From assembly GCA_965203295.1 (NCBI GenBank), contig CBDBCZ010000015.1, forward strand, positions 576,001 through 640,000: a stretch of DNA of 64,000 bases. The letters run 5' to 3'. Each line of letters starts with the position of its first letter. The first letter of the stretch is position 1. The notes beneath the pieces were generated by a model. It saw only the letters and a program-made list of their open reading frames with translations. It did no database searches and was not told the DNA's origin. Below are positions 11,001 to 25,810 of the stretch, piece after piece. Position numbers and translations under genes: made by a program. Origin of the DNA: Nitrospirales bacterium. Lineage in GTDB: Bacteria > Nitrospirota > Nitrospiria > Nitrospirales > UBA8639.

Positions 11001-14000
11001 GTATACTTGTGTATACACCCGTGTAAGCCTCTGTTTACCGGTGTATACTTGTTTATATCCGTGTATCCGTGTTCATACTTGTGTGTATACCCTTGTAAAC
11101 GTATGTATACCCATGTGTACCAGAGTGTACCCATGTATACTTATGTATGTTTGTGTATACGCATGTATAGATGTGTATACTTGTGTATACACGCGTATAA
11201 TAGATTATGCTTGTGTAAACTCGTGTATATACTTTAGTATACCTGTGTATACTTGTGTGTACTCGTGTAAACTTGTGTATACTTGTGTATACCCGTGTAA
11301 GCTTGTTTATACTTATGTATGCTTGGTAATACTTGTATATACACCCGTGTAAGCCTCTGTTTACCGGTGTATACTTGTTCATACCCGTGTATACGTGTTC
11401 ATACTTGTGTATAACAGTGCATACTTGTGTATATTCTTGTAAACGTATGTATACCCACGTATACCAGAGTATACCCATGTATACTTGTGTATGCTTGTGT
11501 ATACACGTGTATAGATGTGTATACTTGTGTATACACGCGTATAATAGTTTATACTTGTGTAAACTCGTGTATATATGTGTATACCTGTGTATACTTGTGT
11601 GTACCCGTGTAAACTCGTGTATACTTGTGTATACCCGTGTAAGCTTATTTATACTTGTGTATGCTTGGTAATACTTGTGTATACACCAGCGTAAGCCTCT
11701 GTATACCCGTGTATATGTGTTCGTACTTGTGTATAACAGTGCACACTTGTGTATACCCTTGCAAACGTATGTATACCCACGTATACCAGAGTATACCCAT
11801 TATACTTGTGTATGCTTGTGTATGCACGTGTATAGATGTGTATACTCGTGTATACACGCGTATAATTGATTATGCTTGTGTAAACTCGTGTATATACTTG
11901 TGTGCCCCCGTTAAACTTGTGTATACTTGTGTATACCCATGTAAGCTTGTTTATGCTTGGTAATACTTGTGTATACACCCGTGTAAGCCTCTGTTTACCG
12001 TTGTATACTTGTTCATACCGTGTATACGTGTTCATACTTGTGTATAACAGAGCATACTTTTGTATACCCTTGTAAACGTATGTATACCCACGTATACCAG
12101 AGTATACCCATGTATACCTGTGTATGCTTGTGTATGCACGTGTATACTTGTGTATACACGTGTATAGATGTGTATACTTGTGTATACACACTTATAATAG
12201 TTTATACTTGTGTAAACTCGTGTATATATGTGTATACCTGTGTATACTTGTGTGTTCCCGTGTAAACTTGTTTATACTTGTGTATACCCGTGTAAGCTTA
12301 TTTATATTTATGTATGCTTGGTAATACTTGTGTATACAACTGTGTAAGCCTCTGTATACCCTTATAAATGTGTTCATACTTATATATAATAGTGCACACT
12401 TGTATATACCCTTGTAAACGTATGTAAACCCACGTATACCAGATTTATACTTGTGTATGCTTGTGTATACACGTATATAGATGTGTATACTTGTGTATAC
12501 ACGTGTATAGATGTGTATACTTGTGTATACACGCGTATAATAGTTTATACTTGTGTAAATTCGTGTATATATGTGTATACCTGTGTATACTTGTGTGTAC
12601 CCGTGTAAACTTGTGTATACTTGTGTATACCCGTGTAAGCTTATTTATACTTATGTATGCTTGGTAATACTTGTGTATGCACCCGCGTAAGCCTCTGTAT
12701 ACCCGTGTATATGTGTTCATACTTGTGTATAACAGTGCACACTTGTGTATACCCTTGCAAACGTATGTATACCCACGTATACCAGAGTATACCCATGTAT
12801 ACTTGTGTATGTTTGTGTATACGCGTGTATAGATGTGTATACTTGTGTATACACGCGTATAATAGTTTATACTTGTGTAAACTAGTGTTTATATGTGTAT
12901 ACCTGTGTATACTTGTGTGTACCCGTGTAAACTTGTGTATACTTGTGTATACACCCGTGTAAGCCTCTGTTTACCGGTGTATACTTGTTCATACCCGTTT
13001 ATACGTGTTCATACTTGTGTGTATACCCTTGTAAACGTATGTATACCCACGTGTACCAGTGTACCCATTGATACTAGTGTGTTTGTGTATACGCGTGTAT
13101 AGATGTGTATACTTGTGTATACACGCGTATAATAGATTATGCTTATGTAAACTCGTGTATATACTTTAGTATACCTGTGTATACTTGTGTGTACTCGTGT
13201 AAACTTGTGTATACTTGTGTGTACACGTGTAAACTTGTGTATACTTGTGTATGCCCGTGTAAGCTTGTTTATGCTTATGTATGCTTGGTAAAACTTGTGT
13301 ATACACCCGTGTAAGCCTCTGTTTACCGGTGTATACTTGTTCATACCCGTGTATACGTGTTCATACTTGGGTATAACAGTGCATACTTGTGTATATTCTT
13401 GTAAACGTATGTATACCCACGTATACCAGAGTACACCCATGTATACTTGTGTATGCTTGTGTATACACGTGTATAGATGTGTATACTTGTGTATACACGC
13501 GTATAATAGTTTATACTTGTGTAAATTCGTGTATATATGTGTATACCTGTGTATACTTGTGTGTAGCCGTGTAAACTTGTGTATACTTGTGTATACCCGT
13601 GTAAGCTTATTTATACTTATGTATGCTTGGTAATACTTGTGTATGCACCCGCGTAAGCCTCTGTATACCCGTGTATATGTGTTCATACTTGTGTATAACA
13701 ATGCACACTTGTGTATACCCTTGCAAACGTATGTATACCCACGTATACCAGAGTATACCCATGTATACTTGTGTATGTTTGTGTATACGCGTGTATAGAT
13801 GTGTATACTTGTGTATACACGCGTATAATAGTTTATACTTGTGTAAACTAGTGTATATATGTGTATACCTGTGTATACTTGTGTGTACCCGTGTAAACTT
13901 GTGTATACTTGTGTATACACCCGTGTAAGCCTCTGTTTACCGGTGTATACTTGTTCATACCCGTGTATACGTGTTCATACTTGTGTGTATACCCTTGTAA

Positions 14001-16649
14001 ACGTATGTATACCCACGTATACCAGTGTACCCATTGATACTTGTGTGTTTGTGTATACGCGTGTATAGATGTGTATACTTGTGTATACACGCGTATAATA
14101 GATTATGCTTGTGTAAACTCGTGTATATACTTTAGTATACCTGTGTATACTTGTGTGTACTCGTGTAAACTTGTGTATACTTGTGTGTACACGTGTAAAC
14201 TTGTGTATACTTGTGTATACCCGTGTAAGCTTATTTATACTTATGTATGCTTGGTAATACTTGTGTATACACCCGCGTAAGCCTCTGTATACCCGTGTAT
14301 ATGTGTTCATACTTGTGTATAACAGTGCACACTTGTGTATACCCTTGCAAACGTATGTATACCCACGTATACCAGAGTATACCCATGTATACTTGTGTAT
14401 GTTTGTGTATACGCGTGTATAGATGTGTATACCTGTGTATACACGCGTATAATAGTTTATACTTGTGTAAACTAGTGTTTATATGTGTATACCTGTGTAT
14501 ACTTGTGTGTACCCGTGTAAACTTGTGTATACTTGTGTATACACCCGTGTAAGCCTCTGTTTTCCGGTGTATACTTGTTCATATCCGTGTATACGTGTTC
14601 ATACTTGTGTGTATACCCTTGTAAACGTATGTATACCCACGTGTACCAGAGTGTACCCATGTATACTTATGTATGTTTGTGTATACGCATGTATAGATGT
14701 GTATACTTGTGTATACACGCGTATAATAGATTATGCTTGTGTAAACTCGTGTATATATTTAGTATACCTGTGTATACTTGTGTGTACTCGTGTAAACTTG
14801 TGTATACTTGTGTATACCCGTGTAAGCTTGTTTATACTTATGTATGCTTGGTAATACTTGTATATACACCCGTGTAAGCCTCTGTTTACCGGTGTATACT
14901 TGTTCATACCCGTGTATACGTGTTCATACTTGTGTATAACAGTGCATACTTGTGTATATTCTTGTAAACGTATGTATACCCACGTATACCAGAGTATACC
15001 CATGTATACTTGTGTATGCTTGTGTATACACGTGTATAGATGTGTATACTTGTGTATACACGCGTATAATAGTTTATACTTGTGTAAACTCGTGTATATA
15101 TGTGTATACCTGTGTATACTTGTGTGTTCCCGTGTAAACTTGTGTATACTTGTGTATACCCGTGTAAGCTTATTTATATTTATGTATGCTTGGTAATACT
15201 TGTGTATACACCTGTGTAAGCCTCTGTATACCCTTATAAATGTGTTCATACTTATATATAATAGTGCACACTTGTATATACCCTTGTAAACGTATGTAAA
15301 CCCACGTATACCAGATTTATACTTGTGTATGCTTGTGTATACACGTATATAGATGTGTATACTTGTGTATACACGTGTATAATAGTTTATACTTGTGTAA
15401 ACTCGTATATATACTTTAGTATAACTGTGTATACTTGTGTGTACCTGTGCAAAATTGTGTTGTCTTGAATCGGGAACACTAGCGTCCAAAGTATCAAGAC
15501 TACAGCATTTAACTAGGGATAAAAGTATGTTAGCAAAAGATTGGTAATGTAGATACCTGTGTATACCCCTTATACATGTATATACCTTGTGTATACATGC
15601 GCATACGTGTATATACTTACACAGACCTATGTTTACTCGTGTATACAAATGTAGACATGTATGTATCTGAGTATACAGACGCTTCCGTGTGTGTATTCAT
15701 GCGTACTTCTGCATACATGTGTATTTGTGTATACACGTGTACTTGTTCGTATCTCGTCTGTGCTTGTATGTACTTGTGTATACGGGTGTGTACTTGTGTA
15801 CATGATTAAACCCGTATACATTTCTATTCCTGTGTATTCTTGTTTATACTGGTGTACCCTTCTTCATAGCCACATATACAGCCTTCTCTTTTTTTTAGGA
15901 TGAGTAGTTCATGACTGGCCTTGCTGGCCCATTTTCATGGCATGCTGGTATCACAAAAAGGGCCATAGGCTCAGTGATGTCTGTGTGTCATGAATTTGGA
16001 ACACTAGCGTCCAAAGTATGAGGCTTACACCTACCCTTTCACACATTTAAATACGTATATATCCTCTTTATACCTGTGTATACTTGTGTATAACTGTATG
16101 CATCTGCATACGTATGTATACCCGCCTATATTTCTGTATACATATGTATATTTGTGAATACGTGTGTACTTTGTGTACCTGTGTGTGCTTGTACATATTT
16201 TTTTATACCTGTTTACTCGAGTATACTTGTGTTACTCGCATTTACCGTTAATACCTGTACATACTTGTGTATAATGGTGGTATAATTCTATATACTAGTG
16301 TATGAAATGTATACTGTGGAATAGTTGTGTTTACCCAAGTATATTTGTGTATACCCGAGCTTACTTCATTGTACACGCGTATACTCGTGCGTTGTTATAT
16401 ATACTTGTGTATACCTTGTGTAAACCCGTATATATACTTTGTATACCTGTGTATACTAGTGTAAACCCATGTATACGTGTATATACAACGTTTACTTGTG
16501 CGTACATGAAAAAAACCAGTGTATAGGTAGATAAACTTTTGAAATAGTAAAGTGCAAAAGCTCGCAAAAGGTTAAGGGACTGGTGAATGAGCTGTTTATG
16601 ACACTACAGCGGCACGAACATTAAACCTGTAGTTTACTTAGCTGTCTGA

Positions 16650-17010
16650 TGGGTACTCACATTCATTGGATACTCAATATTCATGGTTTGCTTGTATTTG
16701 ATGGGTTTTCATATTCATGGAGTACTTGGATTCAAAGGGTCCTTAAATTAAAGGGGTGCTTGTATTTGAGGGGTCCTTATATTCACAGAGTGCTTGTGTT
16801 TAATGAGTCCTTATATTCTGGGGGTACTTGTGTTTAATGGGTCCTTATATTCATGGAGTACTTGTATTCGACGGGTCCATACATTCATAAGGTACTTATA
16901 TTTGATGGGTACTTACATTCATGGAGTGCTTGTGTTCGATGGGTCCTTATATTCATGGAATACTTGTATGTGATGGGTGCTTATATTTATGGAGTGCTTG
17001 TGTTTGATGT
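16650..17010 (+). repeat. 34-bp (2x17) minisatellite gggtccttatattcatggagtacttgtattcgat, ~10-11 copies; mirror at ~25815-26180
   Basis: Unit starts at 16805, 16839, 16873, 16907 and 16941. Confidence 0.9.
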
Positions 17011-17014
17011 ACCC

Positions 17015-20000
17015 AGAACAGTTTGCGAGCATTTTTATTTTTCGGTCTAAAATTTTTTTCTTAAATATCTCGATTTCTGAAGGTGGAAAAGGGAAAGCAG
17101 CGGTATCAACGGCACCTATGGGGTGACCGCAACAGTTTACGAGCATTTTTATTTTTCGGGGGAAAAATTTCTTCTTAAATATTTCGATTTTTGAAGGTAG
17201 CACAGGCAAGGCAGAGGTGTCAACGGCACCTACGCTGTACCAGAAACAGTTTGCGAGCATTTTTATTTTTTATTCAAAATTTTTTTCATCAATATCTCGA
17301 TTTCTGAATGTGGCACAGGGAGAGCAGAGGTGTCAACGACACCTACGCAGTGCCCACAAAAGTTTGCGAACATTTTTATTTTTTGGTCAAAATTTTTTTT
17401 GTTAAATATCTTGATTTCTGAAAATGGTACAGGGAAAGCAGCGGAGTCAACAGCACCCACGCGGTGCCCACAACAGTTTGCGAGCATTTTTATTTTTCGG
17501 TCAAAATTTTTTTCTTAAATATCTTTATTTTTGAAGGTGTCACAGTGATAGCAGCGGTGTCAACGGCATTCACGCGGCACCCACAATAGTTTGCGAGCAT
17601 TTTTATTTTTCGGTCAAAATTTTTTTCTTAAATATCTCGATTTCTGAAGGTGTCACAGTGATAGCAACGGTGTTAACGGCACCCACGAGGCGCCCACAAC
17701 AGTTTGCGAGTATTTTTATTTTTCGGTCAAAAAACTTTTCTTAAATATCTCGATTTCTGAAGGTGTCACAGTGAAAGCAGCGGTGTCAACGGCACCCACG
17801 CGGCGTCCACATGAGTTTGCGAGAATTTTTATTTTTCGGTCTAAATTTTTTAAACATCTCAATTTCTGAAGGGGGCACAGGCTAAACAGCGGTGTCAACG
17901 GCACCCACGCGGTGGCCACAACAGTTTGCGAGCTATTTTATTTTAAAATATTTTTCTTAAATATCTCGATTTTTGAAGGTGGCACAGGCAAAACAGCGGT
18001 ATCAACGGCACCCACGCGGCGCCCACAACAGTTTGCGGGCATTTTTAATTTTCGGTCACAAAAATTTTTCTTAAATATCTCGATTTCTGATGGTGTCACA
18101 GGAAAAGCAGCGGTGTCAACGGCACCCATGTGGCGCCCACAACGGTTTGCGAGCATTTTTATTTTTCGGTCAAAACAACTTTTCTTAAATATCTCGATTT
18201 CTGAAGGTGTCACAGTGAAAGCAGCGATTTCAACGGCACCCACGCGGCGCCCACAACTGTTTGCGAACATTTTTATTTTTCGGTCAAAAAATTTTTTCTT
18301 AAATATCTCGATTTTTGAAGGTGTCACAGTGAAAGCAGCGGTGTCAACGGCACCCACTTAGCGCCCACAACAGTTTGCGAGCATTTTTATTTTTCGGTCT
18401 AAAATTTTTTTCTTAAATATCTCGATTTCTGAAGGTATCACAGTGAAAACAGCGGTGACAACGGCACCCACGCGGAGCCTACAACAGTTTGCGAGCATTT
18501 TTATTTTTCGGTCAAAACAACTTTTCTTAAATATCTCGATTTCTGAAGGTGTCACAGTGAAAGCAGCGATTTCAACGGCACCCACGCGGCGCCCACAACT
18601 GTTTGCGAACATTTTTATTTTTCGGTCAAAAAATTTTTTCTTAAATATCTCGATTTTTGAAGGTGTCACAGTGAAAGCAGCGGTGTCAACGGCACCCACT
18701 TAGCGCCCACAACAGTTTGCGAGCATTTTTATTTTTCGGTCTAAAATTTTTTTCTTAAATATCTCGATTTCTGAAGGTATCACAGTGAAAACAGCGGTGA
18801 CAACGGCACCCACGCGGAGCCTACAACAGTTTGCGAGCATTTTTATTTTTCGGTCAAAAAATTTTTCTTAAATATCTTGATTTCTGAAGGTGTCACAGTG
18901 AAAGCAGCGGTGTCAACGGCACCCACGCGGCGTCCACAACAGTTTGCGAGCATTTTTATTTTTCGGTTAAAAAAATTTTTCTTAAATATCTCGATTTCTG
19001 AAGGTGTCACAGTGAAAGCAGCGGTGTCAACGGCACCCACGCGGCGCCCACAACAGTTTGCGTGCATTTTTATTTTTCGTTTTAAATTTTTTTCTTAAAT
19101 ATCTCGATTTCTGAAGGTGGCACAGGCAAAACAGCGGTGTCAACGGCACCCACGAGGCGCCCACAACAGGTTGCGAGCATTTTTATTTTTCGGTCAAAAA
19201 ATTTTTCTTAAATATCTCGATTTCTGAAGGTGTCACAGTGAAAGCAGCGATGTCAACGGCACCCACGCGGCGCCCACAACAGTTTGCGAGCATTTTTATT
19301 TTTCGGTCAAAAAAATTTTTCTTAAATATCTCGATTTCTGAAGGTGTCACAGTGAAAGCAGCGGTGTCAACGGAACCCACGCGGCGCCCACAACAGTTTG
19401 CGAGCATTTTTATTTTTCGGTCAAAAAAACTTTTCTTAAATATCTCGATTTCTGAAGGTGTCACAGTGAAAGCAGTGATGTCAACGGAACCCACGCGGCG
19501 CCCACAACAGTTTGCGAGCATTTTTATTTTTCGGTCAAAAAAACTTTTCTTAAATATCTCGATTTCTGAAGGTGTCACAGTGAAAGCAGCGGTGTCAACG
19601 GCACCCACGCGGCCCCACAACAGTTTGCGAGCATTTTTATTTTTCGGTCTAAAAATGTTTTTTAAATATCTCGATTTCTGAAGGTGTCACAGGGAAAGCA
19701 GCGGTGTCAACGGCACCCACGCGGCGCCCACAACAGTTTGCGAGCATTTTTATTTTTCGTTCAAAATTTTTTTTCTTAAATATCTCGATTTCTGAAGGTG
19801 TCACAGAGAAAGCAGCGGTGTCAACGGCACCCACGCGGCGCCGACAACATTTTGCGAGCATTTTTATTTTTTGGTCTAAAATTTTTTTTTAAATATATCG
19901 ATTTCTAAAGGTGTCACAGTGAAAGCAGCGGTGTCAACGGCACCCACGCGGCGCCCCCATAAGTTTGCGAGCATTTTTATTTTTCGGTCTAAAAATGTTT

Positions 20001-23000
20001 TTTAAATATCTCGATTTCTGAAGGTGTCACAGGGAAAGCAGCGGTGTCAGCGGCACCCACGCGGCGCCCACAACAGTTTGCGCGCATTTTTATTTTTCGT
20101 TCAAAATTTTTTTTCTTTAAATTCTCGATTTCTGAAGGTGTCACAGAGAAAGCAGCGGTGTCAACGGCACCCACGCGGCGCCGACAACATTTTGCCAGCA
20201 TTTTTATTTTTCGGTCTAAAATTTTTTTCTTAAATATATCGATTTCTAAAGGTGTCACAGTGAAAGCAGCGGTGTCAACGGCACCCACGCGGCGCCGACA
20301 ACATTTTGCGAGCATTTTTATTTTTCGGTCTAAAATTTTTTTCTTAAATATATCGATTTCTAAAGGTGTCACAGTGAAAGCAGCGGTGTCAACGGCACCC
20401 ACGCGGCGCCCCCAACAGTTTGCGAGCATTTTTATTTTTCGGTCAAAAAAAAATTTCTTAAATATCTCGATTTTTGAAGGTGTCACAGTGAAAGAAGCGA
20501 TGTCAACGGCACCCACGCGGCGCCCACAACAGTTTGCGAGCATTTTTATTTTTCGGTCAAAAAATTTTTTCTTAAATATCTCGATTTCTGAAGGTATCAC
20601 AGTGAAAGCAGCTGTGTCAACGGAAACCACGCGGCGCCCACAACAGTTTGCGAGCATTTTTATTTTTCGGTCTAAAATTTTTCTTAAATATCTCGATTTC
20701 TGCAGGTATTTCAGTGAAAGCAGCTGTGTCACCGGAAACCACGCGGCGCCCACAACAGTTTGCGAGCATTTTTATTTTTCGGTCTAAAATTTTTTTCTTA
20801 AATATCTCGATTTCTGAAGGTGTCACAGTGAAAACAGCGGTGTCAACGGCACCCACGCGGCGCCCACAACTGTTTGCGAGCATTTTTATTTTTCGGTCAA
20901 AAAAACTTTTCTTAAATATCTCGATTTCTGAAGGTGTCACAGTGAAAGCAGCGGTGTAAACGGCACCCACGAGGCGCCCACAACAGTTTGCGAGCATTTT
21001 TATTTTTTGGTCAAAAAATTTTTTCTTTAATATCTCGATTTTTAAAGGTGTCACAGTGAAAGCAGCGGTGTCAACGGCACCCACGCGGCGCGCACTACAG
21101 TTTGCGACCATTTTTATTTTTCGGTCAAAAATTTTTTTCTTAAATATCTCTATTTCTGAAGGTGTCATAGTGAAAGCAGCGGTATCAACGGCACCCACGC
21201 GGCGCCCACAACAGTTTGCGAGCATTTTTATTTTTCGGTCAAAAAATTTTTTCTTAAATATCTCGATTTCTGAAGGTGTCACTGTGAAAGCAGCGGTGTC
21301 AACGGCACCCACGCGGGGCCCACAACAGTTTGCGAGCATTTTTATTTTTCGGTCAAAAAATTTTTTCTTTAATATCTCGATTTCTGAAGGTGTCACAGTG
21401 AAAGCAGCGGTGTCAACGGCACCCACGCGGGGCCCACAACAGTTTGCGAGCATTTTTATTTTTCTGTCAAAAATTTTTTTTTTAAATATCTCGATTTCTG
21501 AAGGTGTCACTGTGAAAGCAGCGGTGTCAACGGCACCCACGCGAGGCCCACAACAGTTTGCGAGCATTTTTATTTTTTGGTCAAAAAATTTTTTCTTTAA
21601 TATCTCGATTTTTAAAGGTGTCACAGTGAAAGCAGCGGTGTCAACGGCACCCACGCGGCGCGCACTACAGTTTGCGACCATTTTTATTTTTCGGTCAAAA
21701 ATTTTTTTCTTAAATATCTCGATTTCTGAAAGTGTCACAGTGAAAGCAGCGGTATCAACGGCACCCACGCGGCGCCCACAACAGTTTGCGAGCATTTTTA
21801 TTTTTCGGTCAAAAAATTTTTTCTTAAATATCTCGATTTCTGAAGGTGTCACTGTGAAAGCAGCGGTGTCAACGGCACCAACGCGGGGCCCACAACAGTT
21901 TGCGAGCATTTTTATTTTTCGGTCAAAAAATTTTTTCTTTAATATCTCGATTTCTGAAGGTGTCACAGTGAAAGCAGCGGTGTTAACGGCACCCACGCGG
22001 GGCCCACAACAGTTTGCGAGCATTTTTATATTTCGGTCTAAAACATTTTTCTTTAATATCTCGATTTCTGAAGGTGTCACAGTTAAAGCTGCGGTGTCAA
22101 CGGCACCCACGCGGCGCCCACAACAGTTTGCGAGCATTTTTATTTTTCTGTCAAAAAATTTTTTTTTAAATATCTCGATTTCTGAAGGTGTCACTGTGAA
22201 AGCAGCGGTGTCAACGGCACCCACGCGAGGCCCACAACAGTTTGCGAGCATTTTTATTTTTTGGTCAAAAAATTTTTTCTTTAATATCTCGATTTTTAAA
22301 GGTGTCACAGTGAAAGCAGCGGTGTCAACGGCACCCACGCGGCGCGCACTACAGTTTGCGACCATTTTTATTTTTCGGTCAAAAATTTTTTTCTTAAATA
22401 TCTCGATTTCTGAAAGTGTCACAGTGAAAGCAGCGGTATCAACGGCACCCACGCGGTGCCCACAACAGTTTGCGAGCATTTTTATTTTTCGGTCAAAAAA
22501 TTTTTTCTTAAATATCTCGATTTCTGAAGGTGTCACTGTGAAAGCAGCGGTGTCAACGGCACCCACGCGGGGCCCACAACAGTTTGCGAGCATTTTTATT
22601 TTTCGGTCAAAAAATTTTTTCTTTAATATCTCGATTTCTGAAGGTGTCACAGTGAAAGCAGCGGTGTCAACGGCACCCACGCGGCGCGCACTACAGTTTG
22701 CGACCATTTTTATTTTTCGGTCAAAAATTTTTTTCTTAAATATCTCGATTTCTGAAGGTGTCACAGTGAAAGCAGCGGTGTCAACGGCACCCACGCGGCG
22801 CCCACAACAGTTTGCGAGCATTTTTATTTTTCGGTCAAAAAATTTTTTCTTTAATATCTCGATTTCTGAAGGTGTCACAGTGAAAGCAGCGGTGTCAACG
22901 GCACCCACGCGGGGCCCACAACAGTTTGCGAGCATTTTTATTTTTCGGTCAAAAACATTTTTCTTTAATATCTCGATTTCTGAAGGTGTCACAGTGAAAG

Positions 23001-25043
23001 CTGCGGTGTCAACGGCACCCACGCGGCGCCCACAACAGTTTGCGAGCATTTTTATTTTTCTGTCAAAAAATTTTTTCTTAAATATCTCGATTTCTGAAGG
23101 TGTCACTGTGAAAGCAGCGGTGTCAACTGCACCCACGCGGAACCCACAACAGTTTGCGAGCATTTTTATTTTTTGGTCAAAAAATTTTTTCTTTAATATC
23201 TCGATTTCTAAAGGTGTCACAGTGAAAGCAGCGGTGTCAACGGCACCCACGAGGCGCGCACTACAGTTTGCGACCATTTTTATTTTTCCTTCAAAAATTT
23301 TTTTCTTAAATATCTCGATTTCTGAAGGTGTCACAGTGAAAGCAGCAGTATCAACGGCACCCACGCGGCGCCCACAACAGTTTGCGAGCATTTTTATTTT
23401 TCGGTCAAAAAATTTTTTCTTAAATATCTCGATTTCTGAAGGTGTCACTGTGAAAGCAGCGGTGTCAACGGCACCCACGCGGGGCCCACAACAGTTTGCG
23501 AGCATTTTTATTTTTCGGTCAAAAAATTTTTTCTTTAATATCTCGATTTCTGAAGGTGTCACAGTGAAAGCAGCGGTGTCAACGGCACCCACGCGGCGCG
23601 CACTACAGTTTGCGACCATTTTTATTTTTCGATCAAAAATTTTTTTCTTAAATATCTCGATTTCTGAAGGTGTCACAGTGAAAGCAGCGGTGTCAACGGC
23701 ACCCACGCGGCGCCAACAACAGTTTGCGAGCATTTTTATTTTTCGGTCAAAAAATTTTTTCTTAAATATCTCGATTTCTGAAGGTGTCACAGTGAAAGAA
23801 GCGGTGTCAACGGCACCCTCGCGGCGCACACTACAGTTTGCGACCATTTTTATTTTTCGATCAAAAATTTTTCTTAAATATCTCGATTTCTGAAGGTGTC
23901 ACAGTGAAAGCAGCGGTGTCAACGGCACCCACGCGGCGCCCACAACTGTTTGCAAGCATTTTTATTTTTCGGTCTAAAAAATATTTCTTTAATATCTGGA
24001 TTTCTGAAGGTGTCACAGCGAAAGCAGCGGTGTCAACGGCACCCACGCGGGGCCCACAACAGTTTGCGAGCATTTTTATTTTTCGGTCAAAAAAATTTCT
24101 TTAATATCTCGATTTCTGAAGGTGTCACAGCGAAAGCAGCGGTGTCAACGGCACCCACGCGGCGCGCACAACAGTTTGCGAGCATTTTTATTTTTCGGTC
24201 AAAAATTTTTTTCTTAAATATCTCGATTTCTGAAGGTGTCACAGCGAAAGCAGCTGTGTCAACGTCACCCACGCGGCGCCCACAACAGTTTGCGAGCATT
24301 TTTATTTTTCGGTCTAAAAAACATTTCTTAAATATCTCGACTTCTAAAGGTGGCAGAGGGAAAGCAGCGGTGTCAACGGCACCCACGTTGTACCCTCAAC
24401 ATTTAGCGAGTATATTTATTATACCGTCGAAATTTTTTTTCTTAATATTTTGATTTTTGAAGGTAATAAATGGAAAGCAGAGGAGTCAACGGTACCTACG
24501 CGGTGCACAAAACAGTTTACGTGCATTTTTATTTTTAAGAATAAAAATTTTATCTTCGATATAACGATTTCTGAAGGTAGCACAGGGAAAAATGCGGTGA
24601 CAACGGCACCTACGCGGTGCCTAACACATTTAGCGAGCATTTTTATTTTTAGGTCGAAACATTTTTTTTCAATATTTCGATTTTTGAACGTGGCACAGGA
24701 AAGGCAGACGTGTCAACGGCATCAACGTGGTGCTCACAACAGTTACGAGTATTTTTATTTTTCGGTCGAAACATTTTTTTTCAATATCTCGAATTTTGAA
24801 GGTGGCACAGGGAAGGCAGACGTGTCAACGGCAACAACGTGGTGCCCACAACAGTTACGAGCATATTTATTTTTCGATCAAAAAATTTTCTTCAATATCT
24901 CGATTTCTGAAGGTGGCACAGGGGAAGCAGAGGTGTCAACAATACCTACGCGGTGCCCACAACACTTTACGAGTATTTTTATATTTAGGTCGAAAATTTT
25001 TTCTTTGTCTCGATTTCTGAAGTTGGTACAGAAAAAGCAACAG
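17015..25043 (+). repeat. 114-bp satellite, ~70 monomers
   Basis: Unit cagtttgcgagcatttttatttttcggtcaaaaaattttttcttaaatatctcgatttctgaaggtgtcacagtgaaagcagcggtgtcaacggcacccacgcggcgcccacaa. 38-aa period in the ORF track. Edges are divergent, core is homogeneous. Confidence 0.97.
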
Positions 25044-25810
25044 CTGTTTTCCCGGTGCCACCTTCAAATATCGAGATATTGAATAAAAAAATTTTCGCCC
25101 GAAAAATAAAAATGCTCGCAAACTGTTGTGGACGCCGCGTGGGTGCCGTTGACACCGCTGCTTTCCCTGTGCCACCTTCAGAAATCGAGATATTTAAAAA
25201 AAAAATTTAGACCGAAAAATAAAAATGCTCGCAAACTGTTGTGGGCACCGCGTGGGTGCCGTTGATACCGCTGCTTTCCCTGTGCCACCTTCAGAAATCG
25301 AGATATTTAAAAAAAAAATTTTAAACCGAAAAATAAAATGCTCGCAAACTGTTGTGGGCACCGCGTGGGTGCCGTTGACTCCGCTGCTTTCCCTGTGCCT
25401 CATTCAGAAATCGAGATATTTAACAAAAAAAATTTAAACCGAAAAATAAAAATGCTCGCAAACTGTTGTGGGCACCGTGTGGGTGCCGTTGACTCCGCTG
25501 CTTTTCCTGTGCCACCCTCAGAAATCGAGATATTGAGGAAAAAAATTTTGAAAAAATAAAAATGCTCGCAAACTGTTGCTGGTACCGCGTAGGTGCTGTT
25601 GACACCTCTGCCTTCCCTGTGCTACCTTCAAAAATCGAGATATTGAAGAAAAAATTTTTCCCCCGAAAAATAAAAATGCTCGTAATCTGTTGCGGTCACC
25701 CCATAGGTGCCGTTGGCACCGCTGCTTTCCCGTTTTCATTTTCAAAAATCGAGATATTTAAGAAAAAATTTTTAGACCGAAAAATAAAAATGCACGTAAA
25801 CTGTTCTGGG
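25044..25810 (-). repeat. 114-bp satellite, ~6-7 inverted monomers
   Basis: aaaatgctcgcaaactgttgtgg..gaaatcgagatattt is the reverse complement of the unit. Confidence 0.95.

Larger units (their letters stand above)
1280..16530 (+). repeat. 10-bp satellite (TGTGTATACT)n, left arm, with interspersed insertions; 342-bp higher-order unit in ~8300-15430
   Basis: Direct reading. Landmark aagcctctg recurs at 8311/8653, 11351/11693, 13313/13655 and 14876/15218 (342 bp each), with 272- and ~354-bp variants. Confidence 0.97.

Noticed and set aside
20617..23893. 945-aa and 1076-aa ORFs as real repeat proteins
   Set aside because: Explained by a 114-bp unit divisible by 3. There are no unique N- or C-termini and the frames break elsewhere in the array.
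17015..25810. CRISPR array
   Set aside because: Monomers are wholly repeated with no unique spacers, no cas genes are present, and the context is eukaryotic.
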